Below are positions 50,060-52,309 of a stretch of 52,309 bases of DNA, piece by piece (position 1 is the first letter of the stretch; every line of letters begins with the position of its first letter). The stretch covers positions 1-52,309 of the IMG/VR virus record IMGVR_UViG_3300027759_000121; one strand, given 5' to 3'. Made by a program: the position numbers and the translations under genes. Source of the DNA: a virus. Taxonomy: Duplodnaviria > Caudoviricetes. The notes under the pieces were generated by a model, which worked only from the letters and a program-made list of their open reading frames with translations, was not told where the DNA came from and made no database searches.

Positions 50060-52309
50060 TTCCATCCTCCCGTTCGTAAACTCACTACGGATCTTCATTC
50101 ATAATTTTATCCAATACTCTTATGTAATATTTTAATAGGATAATCGGAATATATCCGTTTATCTATAATGTTGTTTACGGTAAACTACTTAGTGTAAACT
50201 AATATAATCCCCCACTTACAATGGGAACCCCATTTATAAGTAGACAATAAGTAAACAGATTAGTAATTAGTTATGGTGTTCATTTTAAATGAATGTTCAG
50301 TTACACTGAACAAGGAGAAATAATGAACAGATGAGGTAATTGTTTAGTATGTAGATGAAAGGGACAATGAGTCTTATAAGGGAAATAACCCTACGGGTTT
50401 GTGTAGTATAAGAAACATTATGTCCCATTAATTACCACCCATTTACTTCCTATATAAGTTGTCTATTATTACGGGGTCAAAGGTTGAAAAGGTACCTAAA
50501 GGTTCGTTGAAGTTATCTACTTAGTTATCTATTAGTGATCTACTAACGTCCTAAAGGACTGTACCCGCACTATGGGACATTACTATATAGTTTTCGCTGG
50601 AGAATGTGTATACCTAAAAAAGTGGTCTTGTAGGGGTCAAGAAAGGGGATTTATTCACTCTCACTATATCAACAGGACTATTATCGGTGGGAAGAAGTGG
50701 TAACTTAATACTATGGTAATGGTGGGAGAAAGTGGTAAAAGCACTGTGTAGTAACGCGAACGTGACTGACATTTTGACAAAAACAAGTTTTTTAACATAT
50801 TTATTTATTAACAATTCCCCCCTATGATAGAGATATTAGAAGTTTTCAACAGAGTTATTAACAAAAGTGGTAGTACCATAACCCTGACATATTGTCACCA
50901 TAACTTTTCTGGCACGTGTACATACCAAGAAGTTACCACTAAAGGATTAAATAAACCTATCAAACAGAGTTTCTTGGTACTGACTTCAACGGACATGGGA
51001 GATGTGATAGAGTACATACACAAAAAATCCCCACTATCAAGTGAGGATCTTTCATCTATAAATAAACTAATCAGGGATCATTCATTATCTGTTGTTGATA
51101 ACTATTTAAATGATCCACGTTAGATTGGGGGTTAAAGGTCTCTATCTGTAATGACATGATTACGGATCCAAGTTGCCAACTTAGAGTCGGGGAACTTAGA
51201 TATGATAAAGACACATACTATGAGTGAGGTTACAATTGTTACAGATGTAACAAAAAACCATAGGAAGATATTAATTAACGTCTCCATCACCAATTACAAT
51301 TTCAGTTTCATCTCTATGAATAAACGAGGGGGTAAAACTATGTGCCCAACTAACAATAGACATTCCAAATATGAATGTCCCCAATACAACCAATACTTCT
51401 ATACTACTTTTCATATTACAAATGTAAACAAATTAAACATGGGGGACAAGTGTGATCGTCAAATAATTATGAATCCCTTATTTTTTTTATATAGCGTGTT
51501 GGAGTCTACGCTCCAAGGGGATTATACTTTCCCCCAACCCGTTTCGGACTTAACCACCAACATAACAAAGGTATGGATAATTTTCGACATAACCTAATAT
51601 TTATATGAGTATGTTAACAAGAAAACAAGAACAGGGAATAAGAATATTGGAGAGTATAGTCCAATCAGAATATCCATTCGTGGTGTCACTTAAAGTATCT
51701 GATACACCCTTAGATATATACCCCTCAATGTTGTCGGTTGAATTAGAGATAGATCCGATCACACTAAGTAATCTATATGATCTCCCCTTTGATGATAGGT
51801 TTAAAAGTGATATCACATGGGAGTGGTATGCAGGCAAAGGAAGTGATCTATCTTACCTTGTTCACCTGTTCCCTGAAGAGTACCATGAAGAGTTCGGTTG
51901 GAAATACAACAATAAGATGGAAGACTTCATGTCACAAGCCTACACACAACTACCATCTACCATGAGAGTGAATTCATATAACACAACACCTGAAGATCAG
52001 ATCCCTGATTGGGCGTTGAGATATAAGTCAGGTCACCCACGTAAGATTAATATAGATAAATTCCGTATAGTAGGTGATAGTAAGAGACCCACAAGATTTA
52101 AGGACTGAAGTGTAACACAGGTCTATGACATGGTGTCATGTTAATAACTTCCCATAACTAAAGTTATCCACCCCCCATTGTTAATAACTTTATATATGAC
52201 AAGGGGATCCTGGCATACCCCCTCCCACCTGGGGGTATTGCCATATGTACCCCTCCCCCCCTCCGTATCCCCCCCATATATGACATTTTGACAGGTAGAA
52301 AGGGGGTTC
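50060..52309. other. Gene-poor region with DnaA-box-like nonamers, TGACA repeats and poly-C tracts; possible origin or genome end
   Basis: TTATTAACA-like words at 50805, 50855, 51093, 52139, 52164, 52179; TGACA-N3-TGTCA at 50885 and 52126. Confidence 0.4.
51605..52108 (+). CDS. Hypothetical protein
   Basis: 167-aa ORF with TATTTAT just upstream. Confidence 0.65.
   Translation: MSMLTRKQEQGIRILESIVQSEYPFVVSLKVSDTPLDIYPSMLSVELEIDPITLSNLYDLPFDDRFKSDITWEWYAGKGSDLSYLVHLFPEEYHEEFGWKYNNKMEDFMSQAYTQLPSTMRVNSYNTTPEDQIPDWALRYKSGHPRKINIDKFRIVGDSKRPTRFKD

Noticed and set aside
50614-51597. ORFs 50614, 50824 and 51202 as real genes
   Set aside because: No recognisable motifs, atypical composition, overlap the repeat-rich region
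1-52309. cas genes for the array
   Set aside because: No ORF with Cas1, Cas2, Cas9 or Cas13 size and motifs; the largest ORF is a peptidoglycan-binding protein

Overview
AT-rich, densely coding, mostly + strand segment of a large (jumbo-type) tailed phage using the standard code. Bacteroidota-type TAnnTTTG promoters point to a Bacteroidota host. No capsid, terminase or polymerase gene is in the window. Recognisable content: a DNA methyltransferase end, two lytic transglycosylases (one fused to an SGNH esterase), peptidoglycan-binding proteins, NUDIX and DHH-like hydrolases, an RNA-repair set (DRB0094-type RNA ligase, P-loop kinase, two HAD phosphatases, cyclic-phosphate receiver domain, metallophosphoesterases), GIY-YIG and HNH homing endonucleases, rmlC, a GT2 + LpxH-like pair, a response regulator and about 17 proteins with a shared N-terminal leader resembling capsid-targeting/prohead-protease signals. 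Best candidate for a new system: a CRISPR-like array (9 x 36-nt repeats, 8 x exactly 30-nt unique spacers, type VI-B-like) lying wholly in frame inside a protein-coding gene (19059-19622), with no cas gene nearby. Other highlights: a thyA split in two around three unrelated ORFs, a small-gene cassette array joined by a conserved 25-nt junction, a 38-aa basic tail shared by two unrelated proteins, a cluster of aberrant tRNA-like RNAs, an ArfA-like micro-ORF and an origin-like region at the right end. All family calls come from motif recognition by eye; no searches were run.
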